DNA of 64,000 nt from Acidilobaceae archaeon (GTDB lineage: Archaea > Thermoproteota > Thermoprotei_A > Sulfolobales > Acidilobaceae): NCBI GenBank assembly GCA_038824665.1, contig JAWBBK010000002.1:50365-114364 (forward strand). The letters run 5' to 3'. The first letter of the stretch is position 1; each line of letters begins with the position of its first letter. Shown piece by piece: positions 8,515-18,332 of the stretch. A program made the translations under genes and the position numbers. A model generated the notes under the pieces. That model ran no database searches. It was given only the letters and a program-made list of their open reading frames with translations, and was not told the DNA's origin.

Positions 8515-11031
8515 TTGCGGAGAGAGGTTATGAATGAAGACGTTATCGAAGTTGCTGAGCGAGTAGCCAAGGACTTAAAATCTGCAGTGCCGACAAAGCT
8601 AGTCAGGTTCTTCAAAAAGAAGGTAGCAGAAGCTCTCAAGAGGTCTGTCAAAGAGCGGTTTAGAGTAGCTATGTTCTTGTCCTCCTCAGACCCCGTGAAA
8701 GCCGGAGCTAGCTTAGCCAAGATTTTACTCAGCTATGAGATCATCTATAGGAAGGCGGGAGGCTCTAGAGAGAAGCTGAGACTTCTCTACATCCATCATG
8801 ATGAGTTCGAAGATGCCAGATTAAAGAGAGAGATAGTAAAACGCGTCTTGAGGTATAAAAGTAGGAGGATAGAACCAGTTTTTGCAGTTTACGAAGAGAC
8901 TGAGAAATTCTTAGGAACCACCTTTCAGATTTTAGTCTTGGACTTAACGAACGACCTTAAGCCGAATGACATAGGACGTCTTATAGGAGTTGTTGAAGGA
9001 GGAGGGCTAATCTTAGCTACGATACCGCCTTGGGACCTTTGGGATAAGCATATGACTATATTCAAAAAGAATCTTTTAGTTCCTGGCTTCAACGAGCCTA
9101 GACATATCTTCATAAGCTGGTTTAAGCGAAAGCTTTTAGAGTACGAAGAAAACATCTTCGTCTACGACTTGGATGGTCTAAAGCCTATTAGCGGCAAAGT
9201 CTTTGAGCATGACAAAGAGCAGTTCAAGTCGGAAGAGATCGAGATCCCTTACGAGACTCTTTTTCCTAGAACTCTCTATTCCTTCGCTCTCACTAAAGAT
9301 CAAGTCGAGGTCATAAAAGCTCTAGAATGGCTTTACGAGAAACCGCCTCGAGACAAAAAGAAAGTGATAGTAGTTACAGCAGACAGAGGAAGAGGTAAGA
9401 GCTGTGCTGTTGGCATAGGCTTAGTAGGCTTAGCTAAGCTTTTAGCGGAAGTGAAGCCCAAGGCTAGACTCGTAGTGACCGCGCCTGATCCATTCAACGT
9501 TCAGAGTCTCATGGAACTAGCTCTCAAAGCCATAGAGGCTTTAGGAACGAAGGTTACAGTGATTAAGAAAGGAGAACACATAGTAGAGCTAAGGGGACAA
9601 AGTTATACCATAGAGTATTGGGAGCCTTATGTAGTTCCCAAGCTTAAAGCTGACGTAGTTGCCGTAGACGAGGCTAGCGGAATTCACGTACCTCTTTTAC
9701 ACAAGATCTGGAGGAGCCACAAGAGGTTAGTTTTCACAGCTACGATCCACGGCTACGAGGGAGCCGGAAGAGGGTTTAATGTGAGATTTCTCTCAGAGAT
9801 CAAAAACGACTCCAACACTTTACTCAAGATCTTGCATATGGAAGAACCAATAAGGTATGCTAGAGGAGACCCTATAGAAAAGTGGCTTTTCGATGCGCTT
9901 CTACTTAATGCAGAGCCTGCTGAGATCGATGAGAAAGACATTGAGGAGGTGACTAAAGGAGATCTGGAGTATGTAAAACTAGACCCTGAGTTCCTCTTCT
10001 CTAAAGAGGGAGAGAAGACTTTAAGAGAACTCTTTGGGATTTACACGTTGGCTCATTACAGAAATGAGCCGGATGACTTGGGCCTATTGGCTGATGCTCC
10101 ACATCACTTCATCAGGGCTATCAGAACTGCAGGTTCTAAGAAGGTCGTAGCGGCCATTCAGGTAGCTGAAGAAGGAGGTCTTAGCGACGAGATAATAGAG
10201 AGGCTTCTAAGAGGAGAGAAGACTCCTGGCAACATCATTCCGGACAGACTCCTTAAACATCACAGGCTGAGAGAGTTCGGACAAATGAGGTACTGGAGGA
10301 TAGTGAGGATAGCTGTACATCCTTCTCTACAAGGTAAAGGGATAGGCTCTTTCGCATTGAAGAGCTTAGAAGAAGAGGCTCGAGAAAGAGGCCTAGACTA
10401 CTTGGGCTCAGGCTTTGGAGTTAACGAGAAGTTACTTAGGTTCTGGCTTAAGAACAGGTTTACAGTTGTTCATCTAAGTCCCGATAGAAATCCGGTGAGC
10501 GGCGAGTACACGGCTTTAGTTCTGAAGCCTCTTAAGCCCAAAGCTGAGACAGCTCTTAGAGTCTCTGCAGGAGAGTTCTTCAGAAAGATCCTGTTCAGCC
10601 TTTACGATACGTATAGAGACCTCGAGGTAGAGGTGGCTCAACTTCTCTTAGAACAAGGAAGCAAAGGTTTAGAAGATGGAAGAAAGCCTAGACTCTCTAA
10701 AGTCCAAATAGATAGACTCTGGGTCTACTGTTTTGGCCCTATGACATACGAGGCTATAAATGACGTTATTCTAGAGCTTGTTAGAGCTTATTGGAGTGAG
10801 CCCAAAAGCTCTAGACCTGAGCTCTCTGAGACCGAAGAAGCCTTACTGATAGCTAAGGTTCTTCAAGGCAGGACCTGGGAAGAGATGGAACAGCTCTTTG
10901 AAAAGAAGATGGGAAGACTTACAGCTATGCTTAAGCTCGCTATAACTAAGCTGGCTAAACATTATTATGGCTTAACGGAGGAATCTCAAACAGGTCTAAC
11001 GTTAAACGAGATAGGAGATGAAATATCGTGA
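8515..11031 (+). CDS. tmcA: tRNA/rRNA cytidine acetyltransferase TmcA/Nat10
   Basis: TADRGRGKS, DEAS, TIHGYEGAGRGF, AHYRNEPDDL and GNAT motif RIVRIAVHP..QGKGIGS. Confidence 0.95.
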   Translation: MRREVMNEDVIEVAERVAKDLKSAVPTKLVRFFKKKVAEALKRSVKERFRVAMFLSSSDPVKAGASLAKILLSYEIIYRKAGGSREKLRLLYIHHDEFEDARLKREIVKRVLRYKSRRIEPVFAVYEETEKFLGTTFQILVLDLTNDLKPNDIGRLIGVVEGGGLILATIPPWDLWDKHMTIFKKNLLVPGFNEPRHIFISWFKRKLLEYEENIFVYDLDGLKPISGKVFEHDKEQFKSEEIEIPYETLFPRTLYSFALTKDQVEVIKALEWLYEKPPRDKKKVIVVTADRGRGKSCAVGIGLVGLAKLLAEVKPKARLVVTAPDPFNVQSLMELALKAIEALGTKVTVIKKGEHIVELRGQSYTIEYWEPYVVPKLKADVVAVDEASGIHVPLLHKIWRSHKRLVFTATIHGYEGAGRGFNVRFLSEIKNDSNTLLKILHMEEPIRYARGDPIEKWLFDALLLNAEPAEIDEKDIEEVTKGDLEYVKLDPEFLFSKEGEKTLRELFGIYTLAHYRNEPDDLGLLADAPHHFIRAIRTAGSKKVVAAIQVAEEGGLSDEIIERLLRGEKTPGNIIPDRLLKHHRLREFGQMRYWRIVRIAVHPSLQGKGIGSFALKSLEEEARERGLDYLGSGFGVNEKLLRFWLKNRFTVVHLSPDRNPVSGEYTALVLKPLKPKAETALRVSAGEFFRKILFSLYDTYRDLEVEVAQLLLEQGSKGLEDGRKPRLSKVQIDRLWVYCFGPMTYEAINDVILELVRAYWSEPKSSRPELSETEEALLIAKVLQGRTWEEMEQLFEKKMGRLTAMLKLAITKLAKHYYGLTEESQTGLTLNEIGDEIS

Positions 11032-12290
11032 GAGGAGGTATCTTCGAGTTCGTCCGTAACTTAGACCTTATAGAGATAAAAGAGGAGCTAGCTAGAGAAT
11101 ATGAACCTACGCGTCTCGCGCTTAGATATCAAGGACAGGGTCCAGCTCTTATCTTTAAGGTAAAAGGATGTCCTCAATTTTCAGTAACGAATCTCGTAGA
11201 CACTCGAAACAAGCTCTATAGAGCTCTGGACGCGCTTAGCGATTTAGAAGCCTATTCGAAGTTGCTTGAATCTATGAGAAGTCCCGATAAGCTCATTATC
11301 AAAAACCCTCCAGACTTGAGAGAAGCTAAGAGAGGACTTCTCGATCTGCCGGCAATTAAGTTCTACCTTGGTGAAGGAGGTTATTATCTAACGTCGTCTA
11401 TATTTATAGCTTGTTACGATGGTATTTGTAATGCTAGCTTTCATAGAGTAATGGTGTTAGGAGAAACTAAAGCGGTGGCTAGGATAGTACCTCGTCATCT
11501 TCACGAACTCTACAATAGAGCCAGGGCGAAAGGCGTTAATTTGCCTGTGACTATAATACTAGGAGCTCATCCTGCTGTAGAACTTGCAGTTTCTTCAAGT
11601 CCTCCTTTAGGCGTCTTTGAGCTAAAGGTAGCCTCTAGACTGGTCGGAGGGTTAGAGGTCTACCAGAGCCCAATACACGGAAACCTTGTGCCTTTGGGGG
11701 CTCCAGTTGTCGTCGAAGCAGAAATAACGGGAGAACTCGAAGAAGAAGGACCTTTTGTTGATGTCATAGGTAACTACGATAGAGTCAGGAGACAACCTAT
11801 CATTAAAGTTAATAACGTCTACATTAACGAGAGCGAAGCAAATCATGTGATAGTCTCAGGAGGTTTTGAGTCACAGCTAATAATGGGATTTCCCAGAGAG
11901 GCTATGATCTGGGAGGCAGTGTCTAGAGTGGTCAAAGTAGTCAAGGTTAGACTAACCAGAGGTGGAGGACATTGGCTTCATGCAGTCATTTCAATAAAGA
12001 AGCAACACGAAGGTGACGCAGCCAATGCAGCCATGGCTGCCTTTGTAGCTCATCCAAGCTTAAAACACGTAGTTGTCGTAGATGACGACATAGATCCTGA
12101 TAACATAGATGAAGTCGAGTGGGCTATAGCTACTAGAGTTCAGGGAGACAAAAGTATAGTGATTTTGAAGAACGTGAGGGGATCGACTCTTGACCCTAGC
12201 TCTCAAGACGGACTGACTGCCAAGGTCTGGATAGACGCTACCAAGCCTCTAGCGGCAGGACAAACCTATATGCGTGGCACAACCGGCTGA
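11028..12290 (+). CDS. UbiD-family prFMN-dependent decarboxylase (probably anhydromevalonate-phosphate decarboxylase)
   Basis: EEGPFVD, VVVDDDID, EVEWAIATR, LDPS, IDATKP; substrate inferred from the Aeropyrum-type mevalonate pathway. Confidence 0.85.
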   Translation: MRGGIFEFVRNLDLIEIKEELAREYEPTRLALRYQGQGPALIFKVKGCPQFSVTNLVDTRNKLYRALDALSDLEAYSKLLESMRSPDKLIIKNPPDLREAKRGLLDLPAIKFYLGEGGYYLTSSIFIACYDGICNASFHRVMVLGETKAVARIVPRHLHELYNRARAKGVNLPVTIILGAHPAVELAVSSSPPLGVFELKVASRLVGGLEVYQSPIHGNLVPLGAPVVVEAEITGELEEEGPFVDVIGNYDRVRRQPIIKVNNVYINESEANHVIVSGGFESQLIMGFPREAMIWEAVSRVVKVVKVRLTRGGGHWLHAVISIKKQHEGDAANAAMAAFVAHPSLKHVVVVDDDIDPDNIDEVEWAIATRVQGDKSIVILKNVRGSTLDPSSQDGLTAKVWIDATKPLAAGQTYMRGTTG

Positions 12291-12423
12291 GTTCGATGAT
12301 GTTATCTAAAGTGTAGCCAGGTCTAGAGAGAAGTCTACCGAAAGGACAAAGGCCTTGTTCCAGTTATAATACTTAGCTATATTAGGCTATAGATCAGACC
12401 CTCTTTATGGTTTCAGGGAGGAG

Positions 12424-13053
12424 TTGCTGGTGTCCTCAATACATTTAAGGGATGGAGTAATTGGGATCAGGTGGCATGGAAGAGGAGGACAAGGAGCAGT
12501 TACAGGAGCCATAGCTCTTGCAGTAGCGGCAGTTGAGGAAGGACTTTACGCTCAAGCCTTTCCCGAGTTCGGAGCTGAACGCAGAGGAGCTCCGGTTCGA
12601 GCATATAACAGAATATCTAAAAAACCCATAATTACCAGGTCCGTGGTTTCAGAGCCAGACGTGGTGATAGTCCTGGACTCTAGTCTAAGTCCTTCTGTTT
12701 ACCTTTCTGGACTTAAGCCTGGAGGCTGGGTGATAATCAACAGTAAGCAGGGAGCGAGAGCTTTAGTTGAAAAGCTCAATATAGACAATGTTGCAGTCGT
12801 AGACGCTACAGGGATCGCTCTTAAGTTCATAAAAGCGCCTATAGTCAACACTTCAATGCTTGGAGCTGTTGCTAAAGTTTTGAGCTTCATCAGTCTAGAG
12901 GCTCTTGCCAAAGCTATAGCCAGAATAGTATTCGAAGTTGAAGTAGAAGACGTAGAGAGCTATCTTTCATCTTCCCAGGCAGATCCTAGAGTTAAAGCAA
13001 ACATAGAAGCTTTGAGAGAAGCTTATATGAGAACAGAGGTGATTTCGAGATGA
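12424..13053 (+). CDS. porC: Pyruvate/2-oxoacid:ferredoxin oxidoreductase gamma subunit
   Basis: IRWHGRGGQGAVT, FPEFGAERRGAPV, NTSMLGA. Confidence 0.92.
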   Translation: MLVSSIHLRDGVIGIRWHGRGGQGAVTGAIALAVAAVEEGLYAQAFPEFGAERRGAPVRAYNRISKKPIITRSVVSEPDVVIVLDSSLSPSVYLSGLKPGGWVIINSKQGARALVEKLNIDNVAVVDATGIALKFIKAPIVNTSMLGAVAKVLSFISLEALAKAIARIVFEVEVEDVESYLSSSQADPRVKANIEALREAYMRTEVISR

Positions 13054-13352
13054 CCTCTCACGAAATCTCTTTGGGAGCAGTAGTAGCTGGAGGGACATCT
13101 GCTTACAGAAAGATGGCAGACTGGAGGACCTTCAGACCTCAACTAGATCAAGACAAATGCATTAGGTGCTACATCTGTTGGACTTTCTGCCCAGACTCAG
13201 CTATAATTATAACGGACAAGCCGTACACTTCTAGTTCTGGAAGAAGCTACGAGGTGACTTTCGAGATAGACTATGATGCTTGTAAGGGCTGTGGTATCTG
13301 TGCAGAGGAGTGTCCCGTTAAGGCTATAGACATGATAGAAGAGGTGAGATAA
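13050..13352 (+). CDS. porD: 2-oxoacid:ferredoxin oxidoreductase delta subunit (2x[4Fe-4S])
   Basis: WRTFRP, CIRCYICWTFCP and YDACKGCGICAEECP. Confidence 0.93.
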   Translation: MTSHEISLGAVVAGGTSAYRKMADWRTFRPQLDQDKCIRCYICWTFCPDSAIIITDKPYTSSSGRSYEVTFEIDYDACKGCGICAEECPVKAIDMIEEVR

Positions 13353-13355
13353 AAG

Positions 13356-14570
13356 ATGCAGAAAGTCGAGGTCATAGGTGAAATCGAGCAGAAGAAAGTC
13401 ATTCTAAACTCTAATTATGTCGTAGCGTATGCTGTGAAAGACGCGGATGTTGACGTCATAGCGATCTATCCTATAACTCCTCAAACAGCTGTAGGCGAGA
13501 AGCTAGCTGAATTTGTTGCCAATGGAGAGATCGATGCAGAACTCATCCATGTAGAAAGCGAGCACTCCGCTTTGAGTGCGCTCATAGGAGCATCAGCTAC
13601 AGGAGCGAGGACTTTTTCATCTACGTCATCTCAAGGTTTAGAATACATGCACGAAGTTCTTCACATAGCGTCAGGCATGAGGCTTCCGATAGTAATGGGG
13701 GTGGCTACGAGAGCTCTCTCAGCTCCAATCAACATATGGAACGACTACAGCGACTTAATGAACGCTAGAGATACGTCATGGATTACGATCATAGCGTCTA
13801 CAGCTCAAGAAGTCTATGACTCAGTGATAGAGGCCTACATGATAGGTGAAGATCCAAGAGTGCTCCTTCCTGTGATCGTGGCTTATGACGGGTTCTGGAT
13901 GAGTCATACCTACGAGCCTCTTTACGTCTCAGCCAATAAGGAGTCGATTAGAAAGCTGATCCCCAAGAGGCTCCGAGAAGTAAGGTTAGATCCCGATAGA
14001 CCTCTTACATTTGGAGCTATAGTAGGTCCTGAGTATTACTCTAAGGTGAAAGCCGCTCAAAGGAAAGCCATGATAGAGTCTTTAGAGGTCATTAAAGAGG
14101 CCGACGCCAAGATCGCAAAGGCTTTAGGGAGGACTTATAGTCCTATTGAGACCTATATGATAGACGACGCCGATATAGTGGTGTTAACGTATGGTGGGTT
14201 CTACGGGACTTTGACATCGGCTGTAGATATGATGCGCAAGGAAGGGCTCAAGGTAGGATCTCTTCGAATTCGTTTATGGAGACCCTTCCCGAGAGACCTG
14301 ATCGCAAAGGCTCTATCGGGCGCCTCTCTAGTTGTCGTTGTTGATAGAGCTCTAAGCTATGGAGCAGCTCTCGACTCTCCTCTAGCTTTAGAAGTGCTAA
14401 CGTCTCTTTACGCTAAAGGTTATTCAGATATCAAACTAGCGAGCTTCGCTGCAGGCATCGGAGGCATGTCTGTAAACGAGCCAGATTTCATAGCTATGAC
14501 AAAACTCTCGTTAAGGCTTACTGAAGAACAAAGAATAGCCGGAACGTTTATATGGGGTGGAGACCTATGA
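13356..14570 (+). CDS. porA: 2-oxoacid:ferredoxin oxidoreductase alpha subunit
   Basis: YPITPQT, ESEHSA, TSSQGL, RLWRPFP. Confidence 0.93.
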   Translation: MQKVEVIGEIEQKKVILNSNYVVAYAVKDADVDVIAIYPITPQTAVGEKLAEFVANGEIDAELIHVESEHSALSALIGASATGARTFSSTSSQGLEYMHEVLHIASGMRLPIVMGVATRALSAPINIWNDYSDLMNARDTSWITIIASTAQEVYDSVIEAYMIGEDPRVLLPVIVAYDGFWMSHTYEPLYVSANKESIRKLIPKRLREVRLDPDRPLTFGAIVGPEYYSKVKAAQRKAMIESLEVIKEADAKIAKALGRTYSPIETYMIDDADIVVLTYGGFYGTLTSAVDMMRKEGLKVGSLRIRLWRPFPRDLIAKALSGASLVVVVDRALSYGAALDSPLALEVLTSLYAKGYSDIKLASFAAGIGGMSVNEPDFIAMTKLSLRLTEEQRIAGTFIWGGDL

Positions 14571-15523
14571 GTTCTGGAGCTATTAGGTCTTTGCGAGACC
14601 TGCCTCGAGAAGAACTCTTCGCTCCAGGTCATGGACTCTGTGCTGGTTGTATAGCTGGCACTATAGTCAGACTTCTTCTCAAAGTAGCTGGAAGAAATAC
14701 AATAGTCGTCACTCCAACAGGTTGTCTAGAGGTCTCTACTTCTCCTTATCCATACTCTTCCTGGAGAGTGCCTTGGATACACGTGGCTTTCGAAAACGCA
14801 GGCGCAGTAGCTAGCGGTATTGAGGCAGCAGTAAAAGCTCTTTCTAGGAAGAACATCATAGACCCCTCAAAAAAGATCAACGTGGTAGTGATAGCGGGAG
14901 ATGGAGGTACTGCTGATATAGGCTTTCAAGCTTTGAGCGGAATGCTTGAAAGAGGTCATAAAGTGATGTATGTAATGTACGACAACGAAGCTTACATGAA
15001 CACAGGGATTCAAAGAAGCGGCTCAACGCCTTTACACGCTTGGACTACAACAACTCCTATAGGTAAGGTGATACACGGAAAGCTTCAGCGCAAGAAGCCT
15101 ATGGCTGAGATCGTAGCAGCTCACAGGATACCTTATGTAGCTACAGCTAATCCCGCCTACCCTCTAGACATGATAGAGAAGTTCCGCAAAGGTCTAGAAG
15201 CAGAAGGACCATCTTTCATTCAGGTGCTTCAACCTTGTACTGCAGGTTGGAGATTTGACCCTAGATATGGGGTCAAGATAGCTAGACTTGCTGTAGAGAC
15301 GGCTATGTGGATCAATTGGGAACTCATTAACAACGAGGTGTTTAGAGTGACGGTGAGAGTTCCGAAGAGAAAACACGTTCGTCATTACTTATCAACTCAA
15401 GGAAGGTTTAGAGGCTTGTCTCAAGAGGATATAGATGAGATCCAGAAATTGGTAGACGCAGAGGTCGAAAGGATAAATAAAATGGTAGGAGAGACAGTAA
15501 TAGGTCCGCTCGTTGAACTCTAA
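14567..15523 (+). CDS. porB: 2-oxoacid:ferredoxin oxidoreductase beta subunit
   Basis: GHGLCAGC, TGC, GDGG and YDNEAYMNTGIQRS TPP motif; start placed at the ATGA overlap with porA. Confidence 0.93.
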   Translation: MSSGAIRSLRDLPREELFAPGHGLCAGCIAGTIVRLLLKVAGRNTIVVTPTGCLEVSTSPYPYSSWRVPWIHVAFENAGAVASGIEAAVKALSRKNIIDPSKKINVVVIAGDGGTADIGFQALSGMLERGHKVMYVMYDNEAYMNTGIQRSGSTPLHAWTTTTPIGKVIHGKLQRKKPMAEIVAAHRIPYVATANPAYPLDMIEKFRKGLEAEGPSFIQVLQPCTAGWRFDPRYGVKIARLAVETAMWINWELINNEVFRVTVRVPKRKHVRHYLSTQGRFRGLSQEDIDEIQKLVDAEVERINKMVGETVIGPLVEL

Positions 15524-15924
15524 CTTTTCGAAAGCTCAGAGATCCGTTCTAGAGCAACCTCGATTTTACTCCTTAGAATTCTTAACTCCTCCAAGTCCCA
15601 ATTGGTATCTATTATGTCAGAAGCTTCTTCTAGCACTTCCCGTTCAGTGTCATAAGTGGCTATCAGGTAGTAGCTTAATAGAGACTCAATATCGACAAGG
15701 TCTTCTCTGTCTACAGCTTCGATGTCTACAGTCTGGACGAGAAAATCTATGCTTTCATGAAGCCCTTGTCTCAACTCTCTCAATCTCTTTAACCCACTGG
15801 TTAGATGATCTGTCTCTGATTTGTATGTGCCTCTGGCTATAGCTAGCCCTAGCCTAACGTTCTCTATAGCGTCAAGGTACTCTACGAGGATGAACGCTAG
15901 CCTTTCTACTAGCTGAGCTGACAT
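15520..15924 (-). CDS. Hypothetical acidic helical protein
   Basis: 134 aa with normal codon style; 10 nt downstream of the preceding minus-strand gene. Confidence 0.65.
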   Translation of the reverse strand: MSAQLVERLAFILVEYLDAIENVRLGLAIARGTYKSETDHLTSGLKRLRELRQGLHESIDFLVQTVDIEAVDREDLVDIESLLSYYLIATYDTEREVLEEASDIIDTNWDLEELRILRSKIEVALERISELSKS

Positions 15925-15934
15925 ATTCTATAAC

Positions 15935-16315
15935 CTATGTTCTCTTAGCGGCTCTCAAAGTAACTACGCTATTGTCCGCTATGCCATGAGATTTCATCTC
16001 TTCAGGGTTCACATGAACTTTCGTTTCTTCTATTGTGTCGTCTATTAGGGCTTTGAGCACTAGAGGGTCTTTCCCTGTAGCTACGATCTCTAAGAATTCT
16101 TCTATTTTCAAAGAAGCCGCTAGAGATGGACGGATCTTAGCGTGTCCAGGCTTGACGCTATTGTCATAAGCTATTCTAAGCCTTCTCTCTCTAACTGTTT
16201 TCTCTTGTTCTTTCAAAGCTGAAGGCGAAGGTATTCGAGATAGCATATGCAAGATCTTGCTCTTATCTGGTTCGCGCTTCTCTTCTCTCTCTCCAGACAA
16301 TTTTATCGTCCTCAA
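15935..16315 (-). CDS. Hypothetical protein with Cdc48/VAT N-terminal double-psi beta-barrel-like domain
   Basis: Two pseudo-repeats (AKIRPSLAASLKI.EFLEI / VHVNPEEMKSHGIADNSVVTL) typical of DPBB folds. Confidence 0.55.
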   Translation of the reverse strand: MRTIKLSGEREEKREPDKSKILHMLSRIPSPSALKEQEKTVRERRLRIAYDNSVKPGHAKIRPSLAASLKIEEFLEIVATGKDPLVLKALIDDTIEETKVHVNPEEMKSHGIADNSVVTLRAAKRT

Positions 16316-16481
16316 AGAGGATTATATCGAGATGAGGCTTTAAGGGTTTAACGGAGTTCGGTCAGGCCCATCTAACGCAACTGTTTCTGGCTTATCGCTT
16401 GACGCCATTTTCCACAAAGTTCGGTAGAGACTCCAACTAGACTAACATAGGGAGAGCTGTTTCTCTTTTAAACGAAGAGCG

Positions 16482-18248
16482 TTAATGGTCGTTTTCGCTC
16501 TTTTCATAAATAGGCCCAAGGTCTTCGATCTTAGAGCCTCTTAAGAATTCTCTTAGAGCTTGTGGAGCTATCTGTAGACTCACTCTAACCTGTTTCCATG
16601 AATCTCTATCTCTCATAGTTACAGTACCGTCTTCAAGAGTTTGGAAGTCTATAGTAAAGGCTGCTGGAATCCCGATCTCGTCAGCTCTAGCATATCTTCT
16701 ACCTATGCTTCCAGAGTCGTCATAGATTACAGAAAAGCCTTCTCTCACTAACAGCTCATAGAGTTCTCTAGCCTTAGCTATGAGGCTAGGCTCGTTTTCT
16801 AAAAGCGGGAATACTGCTGCTTGAACAGGAGCTATGTCTCTCGGAAAAGCCATTATAACTCTTCCTTCTTTTTCTCTATAGGCATATTCCATAGTAACGT
16901 AGATTAGCCTCTCTACTCCAAAGGAAGGCTCTACGACATGTGGCACTATCTTATCTCCGTAAACCTTCTCCTCCTCTATGACTACACTTAAAGCTGAGGC
17001 GGGCAGTCTATAGCCCTCTATGATCAAATCTTCACCTTTCGCTATCTTATCTTCCACTTCTTCAGCTTTCAGTGACTCAACGATCTTCAAGACTTCTCCA
17101 AGCTTTTCCCTATACATTTTGCCCAACGTCTTCTTGTCAACAGCTATCTTTTTCTTTCTGATTACTTTAGCTTCGTTGTAAGGTCTGAAGACTGTAAGGT
17201 CAGCCTTGCTATAAAGCATATGCATAGAGAGGTCATAGTCTCCTCTATAAGCGTGTCCAGCTATTTCGACCCAGCCCCATCGGGAGACCTTCACCATCTC
17301 ATCGAAAGTTTGTCTGGAATAATGGGCTCTTTCATGGGGACCCTTTTCAACGAAAACTATGTTCTCTGGAGATATACCTAAGCTTTCCGCAAAGACTCTT
17401 CCTATGTACATCCAGTAAGCTAAGCACCTGTTTATAATAGAACCTGTCTCTACGGCTTCTTCAAGAGTCATCCATTTAGGATTTTCTCCTCTTGTCTTCG
17501 CCTCGTAGGTCAACACTTTGATCTTCTCTTTTCTGACCTTTTCAAAAAAAGGACAACTACCTTCCTCATCTCTAGGGTCAAAGAAATATTCCATTTCCGC
17601 TATGGTGAACTCTCTGAGCCTTATCATGGCTTGTCTAGGGCTTATCTCGTTTCTCATAACCCTACCTATTTGGGCTATTCCTAAAGGAAGCCTTCCTCTC
17701 ATGGCTTCATAGACTCTCTTAAACGCTACGAACATCCCCTGAGCTAGCTCTGGTCTTAGGTAACCCACGTTATCTTCATATGGTCCTATCGTGGTTTTGA
17801 ACAATAGGTTGAAGTATCTGGCTTCGCTAAGCTCTCCGCCGTCTACAGGACACTTTAAGTTGTTTTCTCTAATTATCCTGGTCAGCTCGTCAAGACTTAA
17901 TCCTTCGGCGTTTGCTCCAAGAGCTTCTTCTATGAGGAGGTCTGCTCTGAACTTCCTCCCACACTTTAAACATGACACTATGGGGTCTATAAAGTGTTTT
18001 ACGTGTCCGCTAGCTTCGAAGACTGTGTTTGGAGCTACAATAGGAGACTCGATCTCCACCACGTATTCTTGATGTCTCTTTATGAAAAACTCTCTCCATT
18101 TGTCTAAGATCTTGTTTTTTAATAGAACCCCGTAGGGTCCGAGGTCGTAGAAGCCTGAGACTCCTCCATATATCTCAAAGGATTGCCAGAAGAAACCTCT
18201 CCTTTTAGCTAGGTCAGCGATCTTTTCAAATAGGTCGGGTCCGCTCAA
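16482..18248 (-). CDS. glyS: Glycine--tRNA ligase (homodimeric archaeal/eukaryotic type)
   Basis: RRGFF..SFEIYGG, YLRPELAQG, RNEISPR, RLREFT, VEPSFG, SIGRRYARADEIG. Confidence 0.97.
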   Translation of the reverse strand: MSGPDLFEKIADLAKRRGFFWQSFEIYGGVSGFYDLGPYGVLLKNKILDKWREFFIKRHQEYVVEIESPIVAPNTVFEASGHVKHFIDPIVSCLKCGRKFRADLLIEEALGANAEGLSLDELTRIIRENNLKCPVDGGELSEARYFNLLFKTTIGPYEDNVGYLRPELAQGMFVAFKRVYEAMRGRLPLGIAQIGRVMRNEISPRQAMIRLREFTIAEMEYFFDPRDEEGSCPFFEKVRKEKIKVLTYEAKTRGENPKWMTLEEAVETGSIINRCLAYWMYIGRVFAESLGISPENIVFVEKGPHERAHYSRQTFDEMVKVSRWGWVEIAGHAYRGDYDLSMHMLYSKADLTVFRPYNEAKVIRKKKIAVDKKTLGKMYREKLGEVLKIVESLKAEEVEDKIAKGEDLIIEGYRLPASALSVVIEEEKVYGDKIVPHVVEPSFGVERLIYVTMEYAYREKEGRVIMAFPRDIAPVQAAVFPLLENEPSLIAKARELYELLVREGFSVIYDDSGSIGRRYARADEIGIPAAFTIDFQTLEDGTVTMRDRDSWKQVRVSLQIAPQALREFLRGSKIEDLGPIYEKSENDH

Positions 18249-18332
18249 ACCCTTTCTCCTCTATCCGCTTTCAAGGGCTTAAGCTTTTTAGATAATTAAG
18301 CTTTATTCTTCTTCAGAGCATAGGAAGAGAAT

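Noticed and set aside
12296-12351. ATGATGT C-box-like word after the UbiD gene
   Set aside because: No convincing D', C' or D boxes at the proper spacing
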